Positions 10,501 to 21,400 of a DNA stretch of 54,931 nucleotides are shown in pieces (the stretch's first letter is position 1; each line of letters starts with the position of its first letter). A program made the translations under genes and the position numbers. The stretch lies in IMG/VR virus record IMGVR_UViG_3300010218_000003, positions 66,124-121,054 of that record; one strand, 5' to 3'. Origin of the DNA: a virus (Duplodnaviria; Heunggongvirae; Uroviricota; Caudoviricetes). Under the pieces are notes generated by a model. The model did not search any database. It saw only the letters and a program-made list of their open reading frames with translations, and was not told where the DNA came from.

Positions 10501-13500
10501 GAAATACCGGCCTGAATTTCAAAGCTAGCGGTTACAGCTCCAACAGGAGCCACACCGACAGATGAGAACTGAGACCAAGTTACTCCATCAATTGGAATTA
10601 CCACACCGTTTGTGTCAACTGGAGCAGGCATGTCATTGAAGGTTGTACTAATGGTTGCATTTGCAGCGTCCTTCCACACAATGTTCATCTTTAGATTGTC
10701 TCTGATGATTGTGTTGTTTGGGAGCATTCGAGCTGAGAATGTGTAGCTATATCCTGGCTTTACATTGACAACTGTTCCCATTCCGTATACACCATTTGAG
10801 GAACCAACCTGATCCCATCGGACAGATGCCGTTCCTGTGAACTTCTTGGTGGTGTCTCGCGTAATGCTGTTTGTACCGTAGGCGAACCATCCAGTCGTGT
10901 TTGTTTCAAATCCTGAGTTGCTGTTCAGGGTCGCTACGGAGTACGCACGGATACGCGCGGAGATACGGTAGAGAATGGTTGGGTCGTAAGCAACCTTGGT
11001 AACACCAGTTGCATTTCTCAGAACTAGGCCAGGACCACTGAATTCAAATAGTGATTCAGCAGAGTACGCACCAGGGTCAGTCTTCTGAGTTACAGAACCA
11101 TACGTGAGCCAAAGAGTTCCGTCCTGCATGTAGTCGAACAACTTGGCATAAGTGTTGTTCTGCATTGGTGAGTCAAGCGCAGTTACCTTGATTGAGTTGA
11201 CAGCAAGGTTACGGAATTCAGCATATCCGTCATTACGAATGATCCATCCAGATGTACCAGCAGAATAGTTGGCTGAGTGGATTCGGCTATTTACACCATC
11301 ACCAGTTGGATTAGTTGGGTCACCGACGACAATACGTCCTCGAACTGTGGCATCACCAAATTGGGCACCACCAGTCATGTTAATTGACCATGCTGGCTGC
11401 CCTGAAAGACCATTTGCCAAAGCGGTTGAACGAATTTCACCAGTACGGATGATTCCACCATCAATGGTTGTGTAGCTTGGTGCTCTCCATGGAGATGGAG
11501 TTGTCAAGCTGGTGAGCTTTCGCTCAATCTGCAAACCATCGAAGTACACGGTTCCAGTTGTGTAAAGGCTCAAGTAGGTAAGGAAGCTAGTGTTATTTCC
11601 TGTGTTAAATGTACCTGAGATTCTGGTCCATGTGCTATTTGCCGTAATTGTAGGAGTGGCACCAGGCTGTACGAATGTACCGTCTGCTAGCTTGACTGCA
11701 AGACCGACCACCTTGTTTCCAGAACCAGTAAGATTCAAGACATAGGCAGAGAAGATGTAGTCAGTATTTGGCTCACATAGAGTGTTGTAATCAGTTGATG
11801 TAGCTGCCTGATAAACTCTGGAGAACGTTCCTCCACCGGTCCATGTGTGCTTGAGAGCCTGAGTTCCGAACTTAGAAGCAGGAATTTCAGGAGCAGTTGC
11901 AATTGCCCATGAAGTCGTTCCGCCGTCGTTGAAGGTGAAATGCTTTCCAGTATAGAAAGTTGTCTGGAATTCGTAATCAGCAAACTGAGGAAGAACGATG
12001 TTTGGAGCATCCTGTAGCTGCAATGCGGCAGCCTTGATTGTTCCACCATTGATTTCAAGAGCGGTATTGGATAGCTGGTATCCGCTCGTTCCTGCTACGT
12101 AGTTGGTTGACTTGATTACACCACCAGTATCTACTGTCAGAGCTGACTTGATAAGAAGATCATTGATGATACCAGTACCGGCTGTGATCTTGTTTGCATC
12201 AAGGTTATTGATCTTGGCAGACGTGATCGTAGCATCGGCAATGTTTGTATTGACAATCAGACCGATGGTTACGGCAGCTACCGCAGAAGCAGAAGACTTT
12301 AGTCCTCCACGGTCAACGGCAATGACTCGTACCCACTTACCGGTTGTGGAGTCTGTAACGGCCACAGGGAAAACTTCGGAAACGAATGTGCTACCTGGCT
12401 CGACCTGCAATTGTCCAATTAGTGTGGAGTCGCTTGCGGTGAAGGTAGAAGTCGTTCCTAGGTGTACCTCAAGATAGGCAACGTCAGCTTCAAGACGACC
12501 AGTCGTAGACTTCTGCAATGCGTGATTAACCTGTAGCTGCAAGGAACCTGTTGAAGCAGTAGGAGCCGCAGGAGTAGATGGTGCAGTATTCGCCGCCGTC
12601 GCATTTACAGCAGTTGAGAATGCTGATCTATTTGTGCTTCGGTCAAATGACTGGACTGAGAAATTGTACTGAACACCTACAACTAGACCACCAATTGTGA
12701 TTGAAGTTGTTCCCACTGGAACGTTTACATAGTCGTAAGTCGTTGAAGCGTTCTGCTTGTATCGTACAACATATCCTGCTAGGTCAGTATCAGATGGAGC
12801 AGTCCATGAAACGGCAGCAGTAGCAAATGCAGAATCATTGGTATCAGTTGCCATTGTTGCAGCAAGACCGGTTGGGACACCTGGAGCAGTCGTATCGACA
12901 TCAGTTGGTGAAATTGGGGTCGCTGAAACAGTGACGTAGTTTGAAATGCTATCGAATACGTCACGTGATCTAATCTTGAAGTAGTGGATAACTCCCAGAG
13001 AGCTTGAATCATATACGACGGTGTTTCCGGTTCCGCTGTAGATTCTGTTGCTGGTTGTTGGCGTAAATCCAGATCCAGAAGTGCTCATGTATACGTCATA
13101 GGCAGCAAGGTCATCGATTGACTGAACATCCCAGCGCATACTTACACCGCCCACAATTCCAGCAGCAACTACACCTGTTGGATCAGGTGGTGGTGGATTA
13201 GTGGCGGATACAGTTGAAGATGCGTCTGAGAAGTTTCCTGTGGTGTCCACAGCAAATACGGTAATTGATAGGGTGGCCTGTGGAGTACCGAAGAATGCCT
13301 TATTCGTTTCGAACGGAAGATCGTAGAAGTTGTTAGTTGTCCTAACATCCTTGTAGGTCACACCGCTCTGAATTCTGACAATGTAATGAGAGAAGTCTAG
13401 GAGAGGTGATGCATCTTCGTTCTGAGTTACTGCATCCCACTTACCAGAGAATGCACTTCTATTGACAACCCATGTGACATTCTGCACCGGGGCTGGCGCT

Positions 13501-13625
13501 AGAGTATCAGTTACGGTTGTCATAGGGAATACTCGACTCCATTCAGAAACATTCGTTCCATCGTTGGAACGAAGCTGAATGTTGTAGTCAGTACCTGGGG
13601 TAAGATCTCTTAGAAGAATTCTCAT
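7596..13625 (-). CDS. Large tail fibre / receptor-binding protein (FN3 repeats, carbohydrate-binding modules)
   Basis: 2009 aa; several P..P..L..W..P....Y.V FN3-like units, I.A.KI.A triple-helix repeats, three N..FE..W..SA.V CBM-like blocks. Confidence 0.8.
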   Translation of the reverse strand: MRILLRDLTPGTDYNIQLRSNDGTNVSEWSRVFPMTTVTDTLAPAPVQNVTWVVNRSAFSGKWDAVTQNEDASPLLDFSHYIVRIQSGVTYKDVRTTNNFYDLPFETNKAFFGTPQATLSITVFAVDTTGNFSDASSTVSATNPPPPDPTGVVAAGIVGGVSMRWDVQSIDDLAAYDVYMSTSGSGFTPTTSNRIYSGTGNTVVYDSSSLGVIHYFKIRSRDVFDSISNYVTVSATPISPTDVDTTAPGVPTGLAATMATDTNDSAFATAAVSWTAPSDTDLAGYVVRYKQNASTTYDYVNVPVGTTSITIGGLVVGVQYNFSVQSFDRSTNRSAFSTAVNATAANTAPSTPAAPTASTGSLQLQVNHALQKSTTGRLEADVAYLEVHLGTTSTFTASDSTLIGQLQVEPGSTFVSEVFPVAVTDSTTGKWVRVIAVDRGGLKSSASAVAAVTIGLIVNTNIADATITSAKINNLDANKITAGTGIINDLLIKSALTVDTGGVIKSTNYVAGTSGYQLSNTALEINGGTIKAAALQLQDAPNIVLPQFADYEFQTTFYTGKHFTFNDGGTTSWAIATAPEIPASKFGTQALKHTWTGGGTFSRVYQAATSTDYNTLCEPNTDYIFSAYVLNLTGSGNKVVGLAVKLADGTFVQPGATPTITANSTWTRISGTFNTGNNTSFLTYLSLYTTGTVYFDGLQIERKLTSLTTPSPWRAPSYTTIDGGIIRTGEIRSTALANGLSGQPAWSINMTGGAQFGDATVRGRIVVGDPTNPTGDGVNSRIHSANYSAGTSGWIIRNDGYAEFRNLAVNSIKVTALDSPMQNNTYAKLFDYMQDGTLWLTYGSVTQKTDPGAYSAESLFEFSGPGLVLRNATGVTKVAYDPTILYRISARIRAYSVATLNSNSGFETNTTGWFAYGTNSITRDTTKKFTGTASVRWDQVGSSNGVYGMGTVVNVKPGYSYTFSARMLPNNTIIRDNLKMNIVWKDAANATISTTFNDMPAPVDTNGVVIPIDGVTWSQFSSVGVAPVGAVTASFEIQAGISGSPVAGIQGWFDDVTVTTPPRIKVGLFGFDNNSNIIDWDYVDDATTPTKKHTMPTDYSLLSGYAANQYMLVQNNTEVQVATGSSATTSDWITVTGYVRGRGGAGTTGVLGTQGQHNDPYDPASLNQAVRYLVPYVEWDVAAGSIAQLDQFSIEAYENGAPAKVATTDVNGEKAVSVENIQGSIFDHAIRFYTGEVDEQLPGMIGHVMDGDWNDASHLRIAPPLINKNANYGSVFVGLYDRNPNYIYDATFEDGITGWSGMANTALTQETTVGREDTNSLKITATGTISSPATTELLGKYSVSTLTNQELIGQKVTVTGYAMMGTATGRNVRLVVKFMDEAGAMIQGYFIEKAVTNTAWVNFSFISPIVIPDTCYSVEFSFSWFNGATGDIVYVDDVQLEMGTRTDFRTASGSRIMLQSDYVKSNGGIIVSKSELDLPDNVWGATVGGRPDTPFYPGIILQSEGGTGAVRMVNYTDSNGNRASTQLTNFSPAGAEEHGIRFYGMNDAVYPGRWVLTNANGQFVMSSYADDDADMMTSRNVRVYGHLDVDGTPPWANMTLTNGYTVVSGAYTPSYWTSNGNVYLRGLLGTAIKGATSSQYFATLPSGFRPAKTVYLPTVGYNDVSSALSCVVVINTSGGCFWYATDGTATTRTFLLLDGLSFSTAPDATTTTPTGDTTAPSAPTGFKITALTSSTTTGTYRLNWTNPSASDTAGVKVIWRSDRYPTVTIAGSGTKTLTTDGKIITVTGGASAAKQYDHSGLPVNKTIYYRVVSYDSSGNHSTYVSASRYLLASPVTVTANSSDSYRLGYGGMWRNDGDDVYQGDWTGNDNHRGLYFYGTKIYDALNAGGVVRTPTKATIYLKRMSTAHGNNTGVGINLRGHIYQTKPSGDPVGGMTNEGSDGDDIVFLSRGEAATVTIPSSWYNNIVDATAANRIEGFGVYGSGTGDYAVMYGVGSGSSYGKITLYHKG

Positions 13626-14419
13626 ATGTTGATTTCCAATGCGTACTCAATGTCCATTTCGCTGTCGTTGGTCTTTGTCTTTGGAGTAGAAAGGACTGTT
13701 CTGGCTACCAAAGCATAATCGTTGCTGATTGTATCGCTGTCTTCTGCTCGGATTCCATCGAATACGATATTACCAGTTCCAGTTGCTGACACAGTGATCT
13801 TGGTGATGTTTTCCCAATCAGGAGTTCCTGTTGCTGTCATTGCTGTCTTTCCGAATGACTTTACTTCGTATCCTGTAGCCGCAGCAAATGTGTATGAGTA
13901 GTAATTTGTATCGTCAGTCTTAAACTGAACTGTTATGTTGTTAATAGCTGCGTCTGCTGAATAGGCAAGGGAAAGGAAGTCGGCATCTGAATAGCCTGAT
14001 AGATCAATGGCGATGTCTGCCAATGTGCTACTCTGACCACCGGCAATTTGCAGTGCATCAGTTCCAATTCTGGCAATAGTGGTATCCCATGTTCCTGTAT
14101 CCCAGGCTTCTCCTGTTGAGTCAAAGTCTACAATGATTGAGCTAGCTCCAGCATTCTGCGCCGGGCTTCCAAACCACAATCCTACCTCGTAGATCTTTCC
14201 AACGAATTCCTGTGGGATGACACCCTTGAATACGATCTTGTCGTTCACAATGTCCGCTGCCGTGATGGTTACCAGAACTCTGTTCGTTTCGAAATCCAGA
14301 ACTGTGTCATTTATGGAGGCAGCACTATTACCCACGCCAATTGCAATTGATTCTGCAATGCGTGGGACGTACCCGGCCAGGTAACGGAAAATGATTGACT
14401 TGCCTTGAGTAGTGATCAT
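13622..14419 (-). CDS. Minor tail / baseplate protein
   Basis: MITTQGK..I..YLAG......IAIG motif; position in tail cluster. Confidence 0.65.
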   Translation of the reverse strand: MITTQGKSIIFRYLAGYVPRIAESIAIGVGNSAASINDTVLDFETNRVLVTITAADIVNDKIVFKGVIPQEFVGKIYEVGLWFGSPAQNAGASSIIVDFDSTGEAWDTGTWDTTIARIGTDALQIAGGQSSTLADIAIDLSGYSDADFLSLAYSADAAINNITVQFKTDDTNYYSYTFAAATGYEVKSFGKTAMTATGTPDWENITKITVSATGTGNIVFDGIRAEDSDTISNDYALVARTVLSTPKTKTNDSEMDIEYALEINI

Positions 14420-14784
14420 ACCTTTGTCATCCTAACGTCGATCTGAATTGATTCGTCAACATCTGGAACTTCCAGAATAACATCAACAACCTGCTGGCCA
14501 TTTTCACCGGCTCTAATTGTCTGACTAACAACGATCACTGTATCCGGAGGAAGAAGAACTGAGGTTTCATTGTCTTCACCAGTTTCTTCTGGTTCATCAA
14601 CTTCGGATAGAGTGTCGCTATCGACATCGAGAACATCGTCGGTGTCAATTACGTCAGTGGTCTCTTCTTGATCGACCTCGATTTCATCAGGATAACGTGC
14701 ATCAACGACCCCAGGTGGTAGGAAGAAATTGGGGTCGAGGATGATGTCCGGCTTCTTGATTACTTGATTGCTGTTAATGCTCAT
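14416..14784 (-). CDS. Acidic hypothetical protein (tail module)
   Basis: 122 aa; leaderless start 6 nt after TATAAT. Confidence 0.65.
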   Translation of the reverse strand: MSINSNQVIKKPDIILDPNFFLPPGVVDARYPDEIEVDQEETTDVIDTDDVLDVDSDTLSEVDEPEETGEDNETSVLLPPDTVIVVSQTIRAGENGQQVVDVILEVPDVDESIQIDVRMTKV

Positions 14785-14820
14785 GAAGCAATTATATCTG
14801 AGTGTTACCTCAAAGCAAAA

Positions 14821-17800
14821 TTAAGCCTTTACGCGACGCAAAGTGAGTTCTGTGTCATCGAATCCACCATTGAATCCACGGCGAATTCCTACAACAAAGT
14901 ATCTATGCGTTACAGGATCGAAATCCTTTTGTGGGTAGTTAATGGATACGATGTCTCCAAGCTGGATCAATGGATTACCAAAGATCGTTGCTTCCACCTC
15001 GTCACATCCATCTGCCCAGTGATAAGTAATCCAGTCTGCTAGTGCCTGAGCTGCTGCCTCAGTCTGAATCCAATCTGACTGAACTTCTGTTTCAACAATT
15101 CCACGGCGACGAATTGCATCTTCGTTCTTAGAAACAATCGTCTTCTCCTCTTCCTTGTTAACAGTTCTGCCATAGATCATCATCTGCTGAGTTACAGGAT
15201 TGTCTGCACCAAAGGTAAGTGTGTCCTCACCATTAAGCACCGCGTTTGACCTGTAAGCGTTTGAAAGAATGAACTTGGCTCCGAATGGGTCAGCAGTGTA
15301 TTCCGGATTGATTACCTGGCTCGTGTTGGAGAAGTAAAGATTTGAGTGGACAGCCGGGAACTTCTCGAACTGCACATCAAACTCTCTTACTTCGTGACCA
15401 ATTGGACCAAAGTCATCAAAGAATCTCTGAGCATATCTGGCCCATAGAAACTTCTTTCTCTTCTTTACAATGTGGCTTGTGTAGTGCCACTTATATACCC
15501 ATTCTGAGTCAGCCTGACTGCTTACAATTCCACCGCGAATTCTATCAAACATAGCAGTTGAATCGATATGCAGATCCTCAGTCGTTCCATTTCCGTAAAG
15601 GTACTCAAAGTCCGCGTGAGTGCTTCCACGGGTAAAGACCCCGAATCGTCCAGTCAAAGGCTCCTTCTTGGCAACGGGAATGGTAAACGTCATGGTTGGA
15701 ATACCATTGATGCTCACCTGAATTACGTGACCAACTAGTGCCCCTGGATCTCCATAAACACCATTCTCCATTCGGATAGCAATGTCAATGTCGTACCAGA
15801 CATTCTTGGAGATGGCCATGGCCACACCCTTACCCTTATCTGGTCCAAATCTCTCAAGCTTTCCAGTTGATCTTCTGATGTAGAAGTTACATTCGTTCTG
15901 ATACTTTCTTCCACCAGGAAGTCTGTCAGTTCGGCAAAGCTCAAGGAAGTAGCCCTTGTCCTTCGTTCCGAGGTTGAATGCAATTCCTGCCATTCCATTG
16001 TTGTATCCAGAATCTCTGAATCTCACTCTGGTGCCGACATACCAAATGCTCTTGTCTGTTTCGCTACCACGAGAGGCAACATAACAGGTATTGATATTCG
16101 TCTTTGTCGTAGCCTTCAAGCTGATCGTTGACTGATCCTTATTGTGAACGAATCCACCAGTCCATGTCTTGTAGTCTCCATTATAACTGGCAACCTTCAC
16201 TCCGTATCCAGATGCGTCATCCTTGTGGACCGCAGGATATGTATTCCATAGACCTCGCTCAACACTTCCATACCATCCAGAGAAGTAGTTCTTGTAAGCA
16301 AGTTCTGGTGAACTTAGCTCCTCATCGATCTGCTTCTTTTCGTCAGCATTCTTGAGTGCCTTGAATGTCAGAACTCCAGACTTGTTGTAGTACCAATAGC
16401 CCTTTGTTCCATAGCGCATCAGCTCACCTTCGATTTCTACAATTCCCTGATAAGGCCACACGGCTGCCTCAGAGCCTGTCATGCGAATGAAGTCCTGAGT
16501 AGAGTTCATGGTTTCACGTAGCTGACTGCTTCGAAGAACAACATCACCTTCCGGCTGCCACACGACATCCATCTTTGGAACTCTTCTAACCATATCGGAA
16601 ATGCTCGTCTTGCTGTATCGAACGGTGACATTGTTTGCTTCGTAGTCATAAGCCTGAGACATTTCAACAATGTCCGGCTGCTTTGTTCCGTCCTTTACAC
16701 CATCAAGCTGCCATGCAATTGGGTTTCCGATATTGTATGCTCGGTCTCTCGTGAGAATCTGCAATACACCAAATTCATCAAAGTAGATCGCACTCTGCGT
16801 GGTGACTGCGAGATTTGAGAAGATCTCCCAAATGCTCTTTTCGCCATCAGTCCAGAAGTATGGAACAAGAGTGGCCTTGTCATCATCAATCTTTTCGTAG
16901 CTGTAGTCAGAGAATCCGATAACGTCACAGAGCTGCCATACAATTCGACCAATGGTCATCTGCTCAAAGAACATCTTCGGAGGCTTGATTTCCTGCATGA
17001 ACTTTGATGCATCCTTTAGAGATACTGTACAGCTTTCTTCTCCTTGTCCCTGCCAGTTGTCTACATACATAGTGAATTGTCTAATGTATGAGAAACCACT
17101 TCCACCGGCCGGTGTCTGGTCAATTCCCAGGCTATAAGTCATCTTGACATTCTTGTCAATCAATCCATAGAACATTGAATCTGCATTTGTATTGTTGTAT
17201 CTTCCATCAATGTTTGAAAGCTCAACGGACGCCGTATTTGATGACGCATTTCCAAGAGGAGTCAGAAAGTTGGTGTCAGACATGGTGAAGTTGTAATCAG
17301 CAGTCATCAGAGTTGAAGTCATATCAACTTCTAGTCTGGCAGACATCTCGATGATCTCCAGATACTTCTTCAATGCAGAAACAGTGTTGACCATGAGTCG
17401 GACACCCTTAATTTGAATAGGGTTGTCACGGTAAACAGTTGTTCCCCACGTTCCATTTGCCTGGCGATAGATAGTGACCTGACCATCTGAATTGGCAATG
17501 ATGTCGCTGGCTACAGTCGTCCAAGTGGTTCCATTGGTGGTGATTTGAATATCGTAATCTACTGGCCAGCATCCTGCGGAAGTTTCAAAGAGGAAGTACA
17601 GCTTGTTGGTCCAAGATGACGTCTTGTAGATTACATATGGCTGTACTGTCTTAGTGAATCCATTGAGGCCGCCGATGAGACTACTTGCCACCGGGCTTGA
17701 CCAATACTTGTAAATGTCATCATAGTCTGCGACATAGAATCTTGTATTAGAAGGTCTGTCTGTATATTCTGTTACAGTTCCCTCTACACCTGCGCGTGCC

Positions 17801-18018
17801 TTTGCGATACCCTTCTTTGAAGGTCGCAATGGATCAACGATTGATTCAATTGGGTAGTATTCGGTGTCATTACCCTCGTCATATTCTGCGGGAGTATTGT
17901 CAATTGTCTGGATGCCAGCATATCGGTTATGATTCCATTCAGCAATAAGTAGAGGCTTGGCCGTTACGGCAAGCCCTTCCTTTAGTAGCTTGTTTACATA
18001 GAATGTCGTTGTTTGCAT
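14821..18018 (-). CDS. Minor tail protein (hub/Tal-like)
   Basis: 1065 aa, second gene after the tape measure. Confidence 0.75.
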   Translation of the reverse strand: MQTTTFYVNKLLKEGLAVTAKPLLIAEWNHNRYAGIQTIDNTPAEYDEGNDTEYYPIESIVDPLRPSKKGIAKARAGVEGTVTEYTDRPSNTRFYVADYDDIYKYWSSPVASSLIGGLNGFTKTVQPYVIYKTSSWTNKLYFLFETSAGCWPVDYDIQITTNGTTWTTVASDIIANSDGQVTIYRQANGTWGTTVYRDNPIQIKGVRLMVNTVSALKKYLEIIEMSARLEVDMTSTLMTADYNFTMSDTNFLTPLGNASSNTASVELSNIDGRYNNTNADSMFYGLIDKNVKMTYSLGIDQTPAGGSGFSYIRQFTMYVDNWQGQGEESCTVSLKDASKFMQEIKPPKMFFEQMTIGRIVWQLCDVIGFSDYSYEKIDDDKATLVPYFWTDGEKSIWEIFSNLAVTTQSAIYFDEFGVLQILTRDRAYNIGNPIAWQLDGVKDGTKQPDIVEMSQAYDYEANNVTVRYSKTSISDMVRRVPKMDVVWQPEGDVVLRSSQLRETMNSTQDFIRMTGSEAAVWPYQGIVEIEGELMRYGTKGYWYYNKSGVLTFKALKNADEKKQIDEELSSPELAYKNYFSGWYGSVERGLWNTYPAVHKDDASGYGVKVASYNGDYKTWTGGFVHNKDQSTISLKATTKTNINTCYVASRGSETDKSIWYVGTRVRFRDSGYNNGMAGIAFNLGTKDKGYFLELCRTDRLPGGRKYQNECNFYIRRSTGKLERFGPDKGKGVAMAISKNVWYDIDIAIRMENGVYGDPGALVGHVIQVSINGIPTMTFTIPVAKKEPLTGRFGVFTRGSTHADFEYLYGNGTTEDLHIDSTAMFDRIRGGIVSSQADSEWVYKWHYTSHIVKKRKKFLWARYAQRFFDDFGPIGHEVREFDVQFEKFPAVHSNLYFSNTSQVINPEYTADPFGAKFILSNAYRSNAVLNGEDTLTFGADNPVTQQMMIYGRTVNKEEEKTIVSKNEDAIRRRGIVETEVQSDWIQTEAAAQALADWITYHWADGCDEVEATIFGNPLIQLGDIVSINYPQKDFDPVTHRYFVVGIRRGFNGGFDDTELTLRRVKA

Positions 18019-18021
18019 ATT

Positions 18022-18417
18022 TTATACTTGCTCCATACTTACTGATACTTCCCACATGTCATAAGCCCCTCGCTTTACAAGGCTGCTATTGAAGTCTGAA
18101 AACATCACGGAATATGTTTCCACCGTGCCGTCTCCATAGCTCAATTCCAGATTGAATGCTCCTGGGTTGCTGTTATAGAAATTCTTGATCTCATTAGCTC
18201 CCCAGAAGCCATCAACTGTGAATGCAGCAGAGTGCGGAAGGTTCTGCCATGACACATTGAATGTGCGCTTGTCTGCGACAATGTACTTTCGCATCGTGCC
18301 GTCCACCATGCGCTGCTTCTTTTCAATTCGTTCAACGTCAACTGACAGCTCTCCACGATTGTGGTCTGTGATGGCATTGTTAGCCCATCTCATCAGTCTT
18401 GGCTTTAGTAGAATCAC
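18022..18417 (-). CDS. Minor tail protein (distal-tail-like)
   Basis: 131 aa directly after tape measure; R..DGTMR......KR.F...W motif. Confidence 0.7.
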   Translation of the reverse strand: MILLKPRLMRWANNAITDHNRGELSVDVERIEKKQRMVDGTMRKYIVADKRTFNVSWQNLPHSAAFTVDGFWGANEIKNFYNSNPGAFNLELSYGDGTVETYSVMFSDFNSSLVKRGAYDMWEVSVSMEQV

Positions 18418-21400
18418 TTGACTACTCTGCTCCTTCCTCTATTGCCCTCAATCTTGTTGAGTGCCTTTGTGATAACCTTTTCGAAATCAATCTCAGTGTT
18501 GATTGCATCAGCATTGATATTGAAATTGTAAGTGTTACCGCCTCCAGAGTCAATTCTGTCGATTCCACTTTCAAGCTTAGATGTCAGTGGAGCCGTTAGA
18601 ACTGCCTCGTTCTTGTGAAGGTTAGCAATCGTGTTGTCATACTTGATCTTTCCACCGACTGCAAGGCCAGGGATTCCGAAGGTGCCAGGTGGAACAGTGT
18701 GTCCATTACGCCATGTCTCGAAGTGAAGGTGAGGACCGGTTGAATTACCAGTGTTACCGGAGTAACCAATTAGCTGTCCAGCACGAACAGTCTGTCCAAC
18801 CTGTGCACTTCTATTGGAAAGGTGAGCATAAAGTGTTCTGTCCATTCCATTTGCAACAATAACGTATCTACCGTATGAACGGTATCCACCGTTTCCACTA
18901 CCAGGAAGGTCAGTAGAAGTCTGAACGACACCATTCATTGCTGACATAACTGGCGTTCCTACTGGAGTAGCAAAGTCAGTAGCTCTTGGCAAGTTATTGT
19001 GCTGCGCATATGGTCTAGAAACAGCCGCATTAATTGGGCGACGGAATCCACCATTACCAGTTAGAGCCTGGAATGTAGTTGCTGCAACAACCTGCTGAGC
19101 CATTGCCTGCCACTTAGCATAAGCACCAGGGTATCCAGAACGCTGAACTGCCTGAGCCTGCTGAGTTAGGCTGAGCTTTGAACGACCCTTCATTGCAAGC
19201 AAGTGCTCAAAGAACTTACGTGCTGCGTAAGAAGGATTCATGATCTGCTCTGCTGTACCCCAACCCTGGCTAGGACGCTGCTGGAATAGACCAAGAGAGT
19301 CACGGTCACCGTAGTTTAGGTTTCGTAGAGTTGACTCCTGCATAGCTGTCATGATGGAGACGATAAGGTCATTGTTGTTTGCACCCATTCCCTTACCAAC
19401 ACCAATAATGGTAGCAGCGTTCTTCATCTGTTCTGCACTTAGGCCAATACCACCGTACATTCCAGCGCCGCCCGGAATTGCCATTCCGTCGATACCCATC
19501 ATCATGGCCTGCTGAGCGCCCTGCTGAATACCTTCCTGAATGATAGCCTGCATCATACCAGCCATGCCAGCACCAAGAACACCGGCTAGACCCATGCTGT
19601 CACCATAACCACCAATTCCAGGTTCGATGTTTCCGTTATTTAGGTTTTCCATGAAGTCAGTTCCGTACTTACGTACAGCCTTATCCTTCATCATGTACTC
19701 ACCCTTCTTAGCACGGATGTCTACCTCAGAATGGGCACGGCTTCCAGAGTAACCAGTTCTACCAGATCCACCAGGCTTTCCGCCAATAAGTCCACCCTCG
19801 TGGTGAGAGTCGAGAGCCTTGTTCTTTCCAGACTTCTCATTTAGACCAGACTTTGGAAGCTTACCTGTTGAAACCCAATCGGAGAACTGTCCAATTGTAA
19901 GACCGAATGATCCCTCGGTAATCTCGTTAGCAACAGCCTTACCAATCTTGTCCCACGCAATTGTGTTCTTTAGATTTGATGCAGCAGTCTTGATGTTCTT
20001 GTTAAGGCTGTCCTTGATGTACTTGCTCCAGTCGTCACCCTTACCCTTTAGGTTGACACCGTACTTCTTGTATGCAGCTTCAACCTTGGCAATGTGCTCA
20101 TCAAGCTCCTTCTTGTTACGAGGAACGAATGCCTTTAGGGTAGCAAGCTCCTGCTCAATTCCCCACTTAGCCTTTTCGTACTTCCTCTGAACGGCCTTGA
20201 TCTTGTCCTGTGTCTCCTTCTGCAATGCCTCACGCTGAGCTTGAATCATCTTGTTGTAGGCTTCACGCTCAATCTGAATCTGCTTGTTAGCACGCTCACG
20301 AGCAATCTGCAAGGACTTATTGGCAGCTTCACGCTGAGCATTTAGAGCTTCCTGCTCACGCTCCTTACGCTTTTCAAGCTGCTTCTTTTCTGCCTCTTCC
20401 ATCTGCTGAATAACCTTGAGACGACGATCTCTCTCGGCTTCAAGGGAGGTGACCTGCTTGTTTAGACCTTCAACCTTCTTATCAGAAGCAGACTGGCTAG
20501 CGGCGGATGCGTCTTCTGTTGCCCAGGTGTCAAGATTTGCCTGCATGTTGTTACCAATCTTTGCAGCTTCATCTAGATTACCTGAGTTGATTGCAACATT
20601 GAAGTCAATGCCCATATTGGCCATTTCGGCAGCACGCTGAATACGAGTCTTTTCAGCCTCAAAGATCTTCTGGCGTGTTGCTTCGGCATCTTCCTCAGCC
20701 TTGATGGCATCCTGAATCTTCTTGATTCGAGCATCGTAATACTTGTTAGTCTGATCAGTACGCTTGTCCCACTTCTTGTCGTGGTTATCCATGATGGATT
20801 CCCACCTGTTGTCAAACGCCTTCTGCTTCTTCTCGTACTTCTTGTCGAGAGCTTCCTGCTTGGCTTCGAATCGCTTTTCAGTTCTTTCCTGACGTGCATC
20901 GAATCTGTCGTCTGCCTTCTCCTGTGCTGCGTCAAGGGCCTTACCGCGTGCCTCAGCATTGTTGTTAATGCCGTCGATCTCAGACTCCATCTGCTGATTC
21001 ATCAATTCCTCAGCACGCCCTAGCATCTCTTCCTGGGTGTTTGCGAAGGTGTCCTTGTAGGCGCTGACGAACTGATCTACGTTGTCAGTGTTGGCTTCCC
21101 ATGCATCCATGTTCTCGTCAAGAGATACGGTTGACTTGTCTAGAGCCTTCTTGAATCCGTCTTCAAGCTTTGTGGCATCTTCTAGTCCGGCCATTCTACG
21201 GTACATGTTCATGATGTTAAGCTTTTCAGCATCACTTGTTTCGACACCGGCTCGACTGCGCTCACGTAGAGATGAGTAGTATCCGTCCTCGGCCTGCTTT
21301 ACAGAAATAAGACTCTGCTTGGTCTTCTCCAATTCAGGGATGTACTTGGCAAGATCTCTAAAGTCAGATGTCGCCTTGCCCTGTGGAATACCCTGCATAT

